Shown: positions 11,497-23,746 of the stretch, one piece after another
How the letters are laid out: every line of letters begins with the position of its first letter
Numbering within the stretch: position 1 is the first letter of the stretch
Assembly: GCF_041956535.1 (NCBI RefSeq)
Contig: NW_027192209.1
Coordinates: forward strand, 136,092 to 200,091
Length of the DNA stretch: 64,000 nucleotides
DNA from: Calcarisporiella thermophila CBS 279.70
Lineage: Eukaryota; Fungi; Calcarisporiellomycota
Direction of reading: 5' to 3'
The notes under the pieces: model-generated
Database searches by the model: none
Told to the model about the DNA's origin: nothing
Seen by the model: only the letters and a program-made list of their open reading frames with translations
Position numbers and translations under genes: made by a program

Positions 11497-13880
11497 TCAA
11501 ACAACCTTCTTTTGCAAAGTGTTTGGCCCAGAGCCCCATATTTCCTCCAAATCCTCGCTTGTCAGCGTCCACCCGAAACCATCATCGGGCTGCACTTCTT
11601 CGTGATGGACCGGAATGATGCGTGCAGTATCGAAATCAGCAAAGATCTGGGGGCCACGCTCGTTAATGAGGGTGGTTATGTCCTGAGCTAGCCGCTCACG
11701 CAAGTTGCGTAGAGCTTCGACAGAGCATCGTGAATTGGGTAGGATTGCCATTAGGAGGGGTTTTAGAGATCTAATCAGTAGAAGAGAAGGAGGGTTAACG
11801 GGGGCAATATTTTGCAGTTAAAAAAAAAAGAGCGTCGGCCACTGCCTACCGATAAATGTCCAGTCCATTTTCGCCAAATCGCAAGCCAGCGTAGCTGATG
11901 GCAGGTAGGATGACCAAACTTGTGAGTATAGGCGCTGCAAGCCTTTGGCGCAACGGTAGACCATACGAAACGGCCAACATAAATGCAATTATTGCATAAA
12001 AAGAGTAGAGTAATGGGACGAGCACAAGAGCCACAATTAATTTCCAAGACGCCATCACATCAGTGGCCCTAATCTTGACGGAGGAGGAGGCCAAAGCCTC
12101 TGTTTCGCAAGATGAAAAAGTTTAGGCGACACGCTCTAGCTTATAAACAGGGGCGTTCATGGGATATTCATACCTTTAGCCTTACGATAGCTGATTATTT
12201 TTGCCACAATGATCACGGGGAAGTTCAAAATTAAGCTAGGAAGTGCAAGTGCGCCTAGGACCACAAGTAAAGTAAAACGGCAAACAAGGAGCGAGAACGC
12301 CCAAAGGCGATTCGTCTTTACGGCACCCACTTGGTGGTCTTTTAGGCCGTAGTATTTAAGAATCTGATTGTACGCAAGTACTTTTCTTCGAAGCTCTTTG
12401 ACCTCGGGCTCGTCCTGTTCATGTGGAAATAAAAGGATATCAGTAAAATGATTAAGCAAACTGCATACAAGCATAAAAAAGATTACCTTTAATTTGTTGT
12501 AGCCAATCACTAATCGTCTGTTCAATTCGACGACTTCGGAAAGCTTCAGGTGGTGATGCTGGGGCCTGTAGAGACGACGAGTTGCTTGGATAACCTACAT
12601 TTAAAATCTCGAAGCTTGAAAACAAAGCTAATGTAAAGTAGGGAAACAGTCTTTTCACCCATACCATCAATGTCTCATAGTCGGGTGTATTTACGGTAAC
12701 GCTCAGCAACGCCTTATATATCATGTCCAAGAGTTCGCCGCATGCCTGTCGCTTCTCCTCTCCTCCCTTCGTGAATTTTTCTACGAGATGCTTGGGGATG
12801 GTTAGAGGCTTTCCGAATTCAACCACAGCGCGGGAGCGGAACTTGTGAGCATGAAAGTAATTCAACCCTATATTTCAGGCAATAAGTTCACCTCTCTCTT
12901 TAGGGGATCTTAAAAGCGCCAACTTACCACAAGGAACAATCTTCAAGTCCAGGTTAGGATTATTTGCCATAGCACCTAGAGCCATAATAGTCACACCCGC
13001 TGCATGGAATCATATTAGCTGCGCCGACTTTTGACATCCAAATCTTTTATAATATGGATTACCTTTCAGTGGCAGAAGTTCAGCGCGGTCATGCGATCCT
13101 CCCTCTGGGAAAATTCCGAAACAGCCACCCTTATCTAATTCCTTGTAGACAGCGCCGTACACGCGTGATTGGTCCACATGAGGCATAATCTTGTACTTGG
13201 CACCGTTCTTCAGTAACTCTACCAAATTCGCATCACTGACATCCTTCGTGAGCAAAAGCTCAGAGTCGGAGACCACCTCTGCAACTTCGTACGTCGCTAG
13301 AGGAAACACAACTTTATACCGGGGACCGAAATCGCGAGAAAATGAAGTCCCTTCTCCGGTGAGGACGCGTGGTTTGGTGGGGTCTTTCAAGAATATCAGT
13401 CCTTGGCCACTCTTGGTGATATCCTGGGGTCGAGCAACCGGAACTTCAGCAAATATGGAGTAAGAATACTGAGTTAATGAAGGAAAATAGACATGGTTTA
13501 CTAGAATGAGCGGCCTTTGCGAACGCGCCGATTACTTTTCTGTGGTAAGATTTCTCGGCGATCAAAAACGAAATCTTTCGCCTGCAACTTCGCATTATCA
13601 TTAATGGATCTACAAACTTTGCCGCAATGAAACAAAAATAAAATAACAAATTTCATATTGAGTGCACCCATTCATTCATTACTCTGTTGAATAAAGAGCA
13701 GTGAGCATATATAAAGGTATTGAGAGCTACCTGATTGGCATGTGGAGCCGCAACGAAAATGACCGGCCCCGTCTTGGGCGTCATGTGTGAGCCCCGCGAT
13801 TTCACCTCGCGGAAAAAGATATGAATAATAAAACTGAAGAACCCGACGATCAACTCATAAATGATACCCCGCTCCCACAT
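11497..13880 (-). CDS. Glycerol-3-phosphate/DHAP O-acyltransferase (Sct1/Gpt2 family)
   Basis: Acyltransferase motifs VIFVAAPHANQ|FVDP (HxxxxD), FGIFPEGGSHDRAELLPLK, NYFHAHKFRSRAVVEFG, and ASSSVKIRATDVMASWK with C-terminal TM helices; many introns. Confidence 0.93.
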
Positions 13881-14096
13881 ATCTATGGATTGCTGGCTAG
13901 AGAGAAAAGAAGACAAAATAGAAGACACGTTCCGTGAAGCCCCGTGAAGTTTGGGTGAAGGTCACTTCTTAAAGGCATTCAATCCCAGAAATCGGGACGA
14001 ATGCAAGCCACATGAGCGTCCGTGTTTTCTTGTGACTTGCAACCTATCCGTTGTTTCGCCTTCTATTTTCGTTTAATATATTTCTCGCGACTAGCT

Positions 14097-15352
14097 ATGG
14101 TATTCAAGTTTAATTTCTCGGTAAGCTAATGAAAAAGAAAATTATCCTCCTTGATCCCTGCTGATGATATTACCAGCAAGATGAAGATGAAGACAGCGTT
14201 GTGCCCGTAGTCGAGGATAATGTCGCTCCTGCTCTTCCTAGTCGGAAGGTTGAATTGGAACAACTAGTAGGTTGAAGCGATCTAAATCTCGATCCGTGCT
14301 GTGTATAATATTGTGCCCATCTGCTTCACACTAGGCTAGTGTTCTTCCACAAGAGCTTCAAGCGGAATCCATTCCCATCCAGGGCCTTCCATGTCCACTA
14401 TTCAAAAGAGACCTCGCTGACATCAAATTTCAATTAGCGCAGGAGGATTCCATGGAGGGTAACTCGCTCTCTTATTTGGCCGATAATTGCGATCTTGTTA
14501 AAGGGGTTTATGAAGGTAGTACTCTTACTACACGGTTTGAATGCAACAGAAAGTATAAATTTTGATAATAATATAGGAGGATTCAAGACATGGGAATGTT
14601 CCCTGGATTTAGCATCGTATATAAGCCAGAATCTCACAAACACGGAGCTGGAGCACAAATCCATACTAGAGGTACATGTCAGTATATCTGGGTTGCTCTC
14701 CGGGTGTCCCCACCCTTGATTATATTAATGATTCAATTTAGCTTGGGTGTGGCTCTGCTCTCCCCGGCATAGCTGCTCTGCTCGTCTCTCCAACAGCCCG
14801 AGTTGACTTCCAGGACTACAATGATCAGGTGTTGTCTCTGCTCACTTTCCCAAATATTGTGCTCAACACGGTGGCCAGAGAGCATGTAACCGAGAACAAT
14901 GGCGCGATAGAACTACAGGTGGATCAGCAATACATTCCCGGTCGTGTGCGGTTATTCGCGGGAGATTGGGGAAGTTTACTGGTAATACCCAAGTCTTTGG
15001 TAGCTTGCTAATGTCTCCATAACCGTCTCTAAACTTTTGCTTGCCCTAGAACACGCTTGATCTTTCCGAAGAAACAAAATACGACCTTATACTCACCTCC
15101 GAAACTATTTACTCGGAGGAATCTATACCCAAGCTCTATAGCGTGATCAAGAGTGCTCTAAAACCCTCCGGAGTAGTTCTTGTAGCCGCAAAGAACATTT
15201 ATTTCGGAGTTGGAGGAGGCATTCTTGCATTTAAGGCTTTGGTTCAACAAGACGGGATGTTCGACGTGCAGACCGTTTGGGAGACAAGCGGAAACAATGT
15301 TGTGAGGCGAGAGGTTCTTAAGCTTATTCGAAAAATTGATTTCCCACGATAA
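14097..15352 (+). CDS. HPM1: Histidine protein methyltransferase (Hpm1/METTL18 family)
   Basis: MVFKFNFS start; DLVKGVYEG|GFKTWECSLDLASYI; ILE|LGCGSALPGI (SAM motif I); VDFQDYN; FAGDWGSL; YDLILTSETIYS; VLVAAKNIYFGVGGG. Confidence 0.9.
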
Positions 15353-15592
15353 TTCTCACGGTGCAGAGAGGGAGGGTGGAGGGAAGCATGAGTACAGACA
15401 TGCAAAACCTGCTATGTAGTGTAATTTATATTTCATTTAAACCCAAGTATATATAAATATACACCCGCAATCGGTAGGGGAGGTAAAGGCACATACAACT
15501 TCTGTCAAAAGAATAAAAATAAAAAAAGGGAGGGGGAGAAGAGGTAGAAAGCCAGAATTATAATAAAAAAATCCTTAATTAATCAGAATCGA

Positions 15593-17918
15593 TCAAAATG
15601 CCTCAATCGGAATTCGCATTCTATTCATTTCCATTCTTCGTTGCAGCCTAGTGACATTACAGGATGGGACGCGCAGTTCCTTGCCGAACTGGTACAGGGT
15701 CCAGGCGGCAACTCCGTTTGACCATCCGAACCCAGCCTGCACTTCATATTCACCTCCTTCGCCCTTCTCGCCCACTTCTTCAGCGTTGAACTTCTCGAAC
15801 ATGTGCCCGTCATCGGTCTCGCCTGGTAACTTCTGCAACAAATCGGGCACGCTACCGCCCGTCTCATACCAGGCACAGAACGCAGATCGAATATAGTGCT
15901 CACCAACCTCTCGAGCAAGGGAATAGAGCCCCGCAGGGTCATTCTCAGGGGACTCGGGCGCGGGCACAATTTCCTTATAATCTATTTCTTCGTCTTTGGA
16001 ACCGCTCTCCTTGCCTTTATTCTCGTTCTTGTCCTTGTTGTCATCCGCTTTTCTCTCGGTGTCATTGGCTTCATCGGCTTCCGCTTCGTCACCGTCGGCC
16101 GCTTGTCGACGTGCCAGCTTAGGACGATTTCTGATGGCCTCTCCGTAATCCTGGTATACATTGAGGATGGCTCTCACGAGAGCATAGTCAAGCGGAGGCC
16201 AGGCATTGGGGAAGTCCCATTGCTGACCTGTTTTGATCAGGGTGGCTGGCATTGCTCCAGGATATTGTTTGATAAGCTCTTGGATCTTGGCGAAAGCAGT
16301 CGCGGGGGCATTCGGGTCACTATCGAACTTTTTCGGGTAAGCGCGAGCCCTAGAGTAAGAATAAGGGTATTTAATAGTTTCTAGCAACAGCATAGTCGCC
16401 GACCCTACTCCCCCCCTCTCTAACACCTCCTCCTTCCTCCATCTCCCTTCGATAAAATTTTTTACTTACCAGTAGGGCCAAAATTGGGCCAAGGACCACA
16501 CTTCGGATTTCTGGCCAGAGGTTAGATTAAAATCGTGGAACGTGTTCGATGCCTCGTCATACAAGAGAGCTTCCATGGCGTTCCGGCGCTCTTTTGCTTG
16601 TTTATCGTAGAAGGCTGCCTTTTTACCATCTCCACCCTCACGATGCCAGCCGGAGAGCAGGCGCTCATTCATGTAGAGCACCGAATTCAAGTCCACCGGG
16701 ACGATTTGTCGGACATGGAGGGCACGGAGAAGTGGATAGAGACTGGTGGCATTATCGCGATTCCAGCTCCAGCGCGCCGAGTAGTCCCAGCCGGTTTCTG
16801 CACCCGTGGCCAGGTCCGCGTAGAGCTCCTCTTTGGCTTTGGCATCCAGACCGGACTCTTCCACTGTGTGCCAGTCTGGAGCGAATCCCTCAGGGCGTGG
16901 GAGACTGTTTTGAACAATGTAGCGGTTGAGAGTGTAGGATTTCCCATTGGAGCTTGCCTGCACTGTCGTGTTCGACTGCCAGAACTTGTACTCTTTATCG
17001 AGGGCCGGGAGGGCAAGCTTCAGGATCTCGGTGTCCCCAGAATAGTCCACATAAGATTTGACCATGGCGGCGAGGAGTGGGGGTTGGGAGCGATTGTGGT
17101 AATAAATACGTGCCCCGTTTGCTATCATGTGGGCCAGGGAGGGGGAATAAAGGAGAGGAAGACTTTTAAACACCAGCGAAAATTACCAAAGCAAAGAGAG
17201 CCAACACTTACGCACAAATCCAAGTTTGTCTATAAAATCAAAGAAATTCAAGAGCATTTCTTTGCTGGTATCATAAAGCTCACCCAGCAGCATGCCCTGA
17301 AGAGTGAAGAAGGTATCCCTACAATCATGTCAAGGAAGAAAAGAGTTTAAACATGGGGGAAGCACGTCTACTTAAGGAGGGTCCTTCTTACCAGTAGTAG
17401 AATTCTCTGAATCTTCCTCCAGGGACGACGAACGTGTGATTTGGCTTGATCAAGCTGGACACACAGCCCTCGCAGAGCATTGAGAAGTCGGCTTTTCTTG
17501 TCAAATTGGGCCAAAACGCGTGAACACGCTTCGCAAATCCTCGCAGAGTCAAGTCGTCGATGGACTGGAGAAACTCAGGATCAGCCTTGAAGTCGGGAAG
17601 GTCGGCCGGTTTAATCTCGATGCCTGCTTCAAGGAAATTAGCCCCCACAAACTGCTTCAGCTGATCCACGGAGGGATTGGGAGGCAGCTTTGCAAATTCG
17701 TCCAGCACGGCCTTAGGCGGCTTGGTGGTGGGCATGTCGACGAAGGTCTTGCTGTCCTTGAAGAGGGATGAGAGTTGGATCGTCTTCAGCATGTCACCGT
17801 AGCAGTAGATGGGAGAGTCGCATGTTGGCCATGTCTTGACAGAGGTTTGGTCCGCGGGAGTGGGGGCGGAATTCACGGTTGTTAAGAAGAGAAATAGGAG
17901 CAAGAGTAAGCTAGGCAT
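15593..17918 (-). CDS. Secreted alpha,alpha-trehalase, glycoside hydrolase family 37
   Basis: Signal peptide MPSLLLLLFLFLTTVNS; CDSPIYCYG, FKDSKTFVDMP, PGGRFREFYYWD (GH37 signature 1), RSQPPLL, PRPEG, GAETGWDYSARW, QQWDFPNAWPP (signature 2), EGGEYEVQAGFGWSNG. Confidence 0.96.
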
Positions 17919-19148
17919 TGCTACTGGGGACGCGGGTCTAGGTGCGAGCTGGTGACTCTATGGCTACAAATACACTAGAGCGGCGACAACCACGGAACAA
18001 GACGCAGGGAGAAGGGGAGGTTGTAGGAACAAAGGAGAATAAACGGTCCTGAGCTGAGAGGAGAAAAAAATTAACTCCTACAAAGGAACGCCTAGAATTT
18101 ACGCGAATACTGCGAAAATCTCCCCAGGCCGAACTTAATTCGTTCGATTCCAGGCGAAAAATATTTTATTTCCTATTGTGGCCAAATGCTAATCTCCAGC
18201 TGCACGTGTTGGGGGGATTTTTTTATGCACAAATCTGCGGGGCATCATTTGTGTGTTGTCAAGTTTTTCCTTGATAATCCGCATTCGGCCGGTCTGGCCT
18301 CTCCCCGCATGCAGGCCGCACGCGATCTCCCCCACCTTTTCTCTTCTGCCCAGCCCTGCGGGCCACCGCGGCCCAACCTCCTGGTTACCACTGTCACGCC
18401 TAAAGTACTCCTCGAGGCGCATGCTTAACTCAAAGATGAGTTGGCTGGAACTCTCCGACTAGCTTTCGGAGAATGGCCGCTGTTGTGCCGTTTTCTAGCT
18501 AAACTCCTTTTTGCCATCGCCGCCAACTCTGTGCTTATCTGGCCCTTAGTACTGATTGTGGGTGAAGGAACAAGCTGCTTGCTTTCTCTTGCAAAAGGAC
18601 TTTATTGTACTTGTCCGACACAAAGACACCTCTCGTGTGCTGAGTGATGCTGGAGAAATACGGGGCCCCACCCTACTTCACAAAGCTCTTTCTAATCTCC
18701 GGGCCTTCGAGACCACTTTTAAGAGAACAATGGCAATCTCAATTTCCAAAAAAAAATTTTGAAATTGCTTTGAGGTGCAAAGCATTTGGCCCGCTTGAAA
18801 TGCATTACCGCATAATATTTACTCAATACAACGCCATAATTTTCTTTCACTGTCATCTCTCCTCCACATCTCTGCTAACGCAATAAGGCAGAGTAAAGGA
18901 GCAGCATAAACAAGGATTACCTCTCATTTTGGGAGGGATCGGACAAATCCCCCACTCCCGCCGGGGAGGGCTTAGCGTCAGGGGCCCAAGGAGGCTGATG
19001 GGAGTTTGATTTCCGCAATTGACAGCTTTTGCCTCAGAGTTTTACATGACAATTCTCTTTGATCTAATGCAATCTTGCAGCGGCAATCAATCATCCAAGG
19101 CAACTACGACAGAGGCGAACCAAAATCAAAACTTTGATTCTTTCTAAG

Positions 19149-19164
19149 CCCCCCCCCCCCCCCC
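19149..19164. repeat. Poly-C homopolymer (about 16 nt)
   Basis: Directly visible run of C. Confidence 0.85.
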
Positions 19165-19490
19165 GATAAACTAGAGCCAATTCCTAGACCGTTCATTATA
19201 ATATAGAAGGAATAATATCCCTGTTTCAAATTATCTTTATGACGATATTTTCTTCTTGGTGCCTACATACTTCCGTTCCCTTTCTTTGCCTAACACCTTT
19301 ATTTAGTCGCACCTACGGTTATGAGTATGTCGAAATTTGCTCTTATAATATATTGCTATTAGGGCCCCTTTATAGGGATTTGACCTGGCTTTAAGGGCCT
19401 CCAAAGGTTCCATGATTATTCATTCAACGCCATCTCTAATAACAATTAACCAAGGATGCGATTTGATAAACACCCAGTGTGAAATTGTAC

Positions 19491-19613
19491 CGCAGTCAAA
19501 TAGCCTTATGCAGACCTATACAATTATTGTAGAGGTCTGCATAAGGCTATTTGTGACTGCGACTTTTTCGTAAACAGCAGAAAAACATTATGTTTTTTCT
19601 GCTGTTTGCGAAA
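19491..19613. repeat. Two adjacent long inverted repeats (about 35-bp and 24-bp arms, 1-nt spacers)
   Basis: cgcagtca-aatagccttatgcagacctatacaat T attgtagaggtctgcataaggctatttgtgactgcg (19491-19561) and tttcgtaaacagcagaaaaacat T atgttttttctgctgtttgcgaaa (19566-19613). Confidence 0.9.
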
Positions 19614-20910
19614 TATAGAATAACATGACTGCCCGAAGTTTTCACTGTGACGTCGTTCCTAATCCTGCTTGTGGCTTAGTTCAACTTTGAAAATGCAAAT
19701 AAACCCATGAGGTTAAGGAGAGAAAGATGGAAATAGATAAAAGTAAAAAAGAACTAGTACTGTTCATAGCGAAGTAGCTGGATAGCATAAGCAAAAGTGG
19801 ATCACATATATCGCTGCAATTATAATTATATATGTATCAACAGCCGAAGCTAAAGTCTCAAATCAAATTTCAATGAAAATATATCAAATTTGATTTGATA
19901 TATCAAAGCATCAGGCTTCCCACTGATACCTATCTTTACCCCATCTTTTGCCACTAGGAAATGGTGATGTTAAATTATATGGATTATATCCTCCTGGGAT
20001 TCCTTAGGAGGACAGGGATTAGGAAGGAAGCCGCATAGGACTCAATTCGGCCCTTATCAAAATTCAAATTAAACCTTGGCCCATAGACAGTACTCATCAA
20101 CTAAACAAAATGAAAACCACAAAGTCCCTGTGCATCGCTTGTTCTACCTAATACCTGAAAAGCAGACTACAGCGGCCACTTCTTCACAGATGCTAAAAAC
20201 AATCAGATAAAAATCCTCTATAGTTCCCAAAGGGAATACAGCCCTGTTGCTATTGATATTGTTTAGATGGAGCACAAGATGGCAGCCGTGTTCCCGACAA
20301 GTTGAAATGGAATCGGCTATTCTTTTTGGATGAAACTTGCTCTTTTGGGAGCGGCCTAGTGCTTTCGAGCTTAGGCGCTGGGGCTTAGAGGGGGCTTCTG
20401 GGAACCGGTAGCTCGGCTTCTGCGGCCGAGCTTGAGGGGAGGATACTTATCGGCAAGAAATGGGCCACGCACTTTAGTCGGACGATTGCGGGAGTTCTCA
20501 TCCCCTCAGCATCTTGATGAAATCTCAATCGGACTCCAATCCTTTCGATGTCCTACTGGATTTCATTAAGTGATGAACTCCAAAATTGGAGCCGGGATTT
20601 GAAATGCTCTCTCCACGGCCCCATCCTGCTCGAATCAGATTCGTTCTGAGGCCGCGAGCGGGTACAGAGCCTTTCACTATGGGAAGCAGTTCGGTTGCCC
20701 CCTGCCCGCAACAAAGCGTTTAATAATCATAAAAAGGAAAGCGTTACACCAGCTCGAAAATTTACCTTGGATTTCTCGGCTCTAAAGCTCGGTTGAAAGA
20801 ATGGAAAACATAAATAAATAAATAGGCTTCAGGCCGTTTTCAAATGAAACTCTTTTTTCTCTTTTCAATAGGAAAGGACTACTCTACGGCCAGAGCAGGC
20901 TCGTACATCG

Positions 20911-22883
20911 ATGGCACCAGCACAGAAGGAAGCAAGCGAGGCGGGCGAGCTTTCGCTCGTGACAGAACCATCCATAATAGGCCACACGAAGGATTCGGTT
21001 TCGAAGCCGGGAGAAGTCAGTGAGGAAATGGGGAAGGAAAATGGACTGGAGGTGCCTACGTCCGAGTCCGATGGCTCCACGGTGGCTGAGAACGAGGTGA
21101 ACCGGGTGGAAAAAACAAAAGATGCTAAGGAAGAGGGGGAAACATCTCCGGATGCCAACGTGCCTCCTCCTGACAGTCCTCTCGGTTGTCTCGTAGTCGT
21201 TGCCACTTGGCTAGTGTATGTACCTGCCTTGAATTGCTTTTTCTTGACCCTTATTCCCTCGTCCAATTCACCATTTGTTGATCGAATTTCTCATGGATAC
21301 TTGCAGAAACTTTTATTGTTTGGCGGTGTGCTCCTACACATTTGGCGTCTATCAAGAGCGATATTTGACAGAGGTGTTTCCCAATCGATACTCATCGCTC
21401 CAAGTCTCCTTTGTCGGCTCCCTCTCAACCACCCTTCTTCTCGCATTCGGTCCCTTCGTGAATCCCATTATTCGCCTCTGCGGCAGCTATCGTATTTCTA
21501 TAATGGCGGGATGCTTGATTTGCGTGGTCGGATTGATATTAAGTAGTTTTGCTACCGAGGTAAAATACGCAGTTTTCTTGTGTTTCATGATGCAATGCGC
21601 GTTACTAACACTTTCTTTTGTTGCGTCTCAGCTCTGGCAAATATTCCTGACGCAAGGATTCCTTCTCGGATTCGGGTCATCTCTTGCATTCTACTCCTCC
21701 ATCACCTTGCCTGCTGAATGGTTAGAAGCATCATATTTTCTAACTTTAATGCATTGAATTCGCAAGAGACTAATCAGAGTCTTTTCTCCTAGGTTCGAGA
21801 AACGGAGGGGCTTTGCCACTGGTATTGCATTGTCTGGAGGAGGTCTAGGTGGATTGGCTCTCAATCCGCTGATTCGCGTTGTGATTGATAAGGCTGGCTA
21901 CCGTTGGTCACTGCGCGTGCTTGCCTTGATCGGCTTTGTCTTCCTCTCTGTCGCAGCTCTCCTCGCTCGCCCACGTATCAAACAGCGCAGATTCAATAAT
22001 CGCAAAATCATTGATTTCTCCGTGATCAATCGGCACCTTACCATTCTTCTTGGCTGCGGATTTTTCATCAGCTTTGGTGAGTTTGTGTTGCTGGCCTGCA
22101 TCGCGGATAGGATAAAAGCTAATCCAATATGCTACAGGATATATGGCGCCATTCTTCTATCTTAATAGCTTTGCTCTGCACATCGGAGTGGAGCCCACCC
22201 TTGCCGCGACTCTGACGGGTATTATGTCGGGAACCAACAGCTGTTTCCGAATTCTCCTAGGCTTCGTCTCTGATTACTTGTAGGCCATTCTTATTACATA
22301 GATGGGTGCACGCGCAAATTCACCAACTTTCTTTTTTCTTTCAACAATAGCGGTCGTCTAAATACCCTACTCTGGTGCACGCTGTTTGCGGGATTGGTTA
22401 CAATGATCATCTGGCCACTGTCAAACTCCCTCGGTGTTCTCATTATTTTCGTCATCCTGTATGGTGGACTGGGTGGTAAGTGGAGGGAGATTTCATTTTT
22501 TTGGCCGACCATACCATAATCTCATTCTCAACTCGCACTGTAGGCGCCTATGTCAGTCTATACCCTGTTGTGATATCCGATTTAGTCCCACCGGAGGATC
22601 TAAATAACGCACTCGCCCTCGTGTATAGTATTTCGATCTTTGGATATCTTTGCGGTAAATATCAGCATGATTTTAGTCTCTCCACCTTTTGGGCATCTAA
22701 TCACGCTTTTATCCTACCCTTACCCCTCCAGGTCCGCCTCTCGCTGGAATCCTCTTGGATATGACTGGGAGGGAAAACTTCGTACCACTAGCCGAGTTTG
22801 CTGGTGGTTGTACTGTGGCTGCCTCCTTATTCTTATTTGCACTTAGATTCGTTCTTTCCAGAAATCTTCTCAAAAAAATATAA
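20911..22883 (+). CDS. MFS monocarboxylate-porter family transporter (Mch/MCT-like)
   Basis: PPDSPLGCLVVVATWL N-terminal motif, SYTFGVYQERY, LWQIFLTQGFLLGFGSSLAF, W|FEKRRGFATGIALSGGGLGG, FRILLGFVSD; about 12 hydrophobic segments; ends RNLLKKI*. Confidence 0.92.
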
Positions 22884-23318
22884 ACAACTTGATGTATTTA
22901 CCCTCATTATTTAATATTGATAGACTAATCGCCTAATCTCTTTGCACCTATCCTTGTTCTTTATCTTGACATGCATGCGCTTCTTTATTCAATAAAATTT
23001 GATCATTGATAGAAATTTGAGTTGGAAATATACAGTAGCTACTACGTTTTTAATTTTTCTTTGGCCTCCTATCACGCTCTCTCACATCTCTCTCTATTTT
23101 ATACCATTGGCGGTTCTTTAAATTTATGAGCTTTTGCTGCCTCTAACTGGAACAATGTTTTTTTTTTTTTGCTTAAGAGAAAGGAAAGACATACAATAGT
23201 GGCTAAAGACAGTTTCTACTAATCTACAGCAGGCATTTTTTTTAAATAGGGCATCTATAAATTTAGCCATCCACGATTAGTTACTTCTGAATTGATAAGA
23301 TATAGAATATACCGAAAT

Positions 23319-23746
23319 TTACTGTGCGCAAACCACCGATATTTTCCCCCACATACCCAGTTCACAATGTCCCGGGACATCACAGTTGTAATAGACGACT
23401 CCAACATTGTTAAACGTCTGGGAATAAGATTCTATTAAAATGATTCAAGGTCAAAACGGCCGCTCTCGTCTAATATCCATAGAGATCACATACTTCCACT
23501 CCCAGTGATTTTCTGCGAGTTGAACCCGCCCTGTTTCGCAACACAGATTTGATCAGGAGAACCTCCCGCAGACTCAACGACGGAATGAGGAATGGGGTCT
23601 TGCCACACCCACTTCACCGTATCTCCGGCACGTATTGTTAGATTTTGTGGTATAAAGGCGAAATGCGAAGGACCACCCGTAATGACCTCATGTTCCTTAG
23701 CTAAGACAGCGCTCAGTGTAGCTAAGCAGATTAGAAGTATTTTCAT
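23319..23746 (-). CDS. Small secreted cupredoxin (plastocyanin-like type-1 copper protein), 2 exons
   Basis: Signal MKILLICLATLSAVLA; FIPQNLTIRAGDTVKWVW...PHSVVE; second exon YSQTFNNVGVVYYNCDVPGHCELGMWGKISVVCAQ* completes the His...Cys-x4-His-x4-Met copper ligand set. Confidence 0.9.

Noticed and set aside
16535-17350. 271-aa plus-strand ORF, and similar long antisense ORFs over PUF, chitin synthase, TFIIF and PRM10
   Set aside because: Antisense shadows of GC-rich coding sequence with no independent motifs.
18186-18890. Cluster of short ORFs upstream of trehalase, including a faint Nudix-like GVFVSDKYNKVLLQEK on the minus strand
   Set aside because: No Nudix box, stops in all frames, and the similarity is too short to support.
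11497-23746. Possible biosynthetic gene cluster (acyltransferase, methyltransferase, hydrolase, MFS, cupredoxin)
   Set aside because: Each gene belongs to a conserved primary-metabolism family and there is no NRPS, PKS, terpene or RiPP core enzyme.
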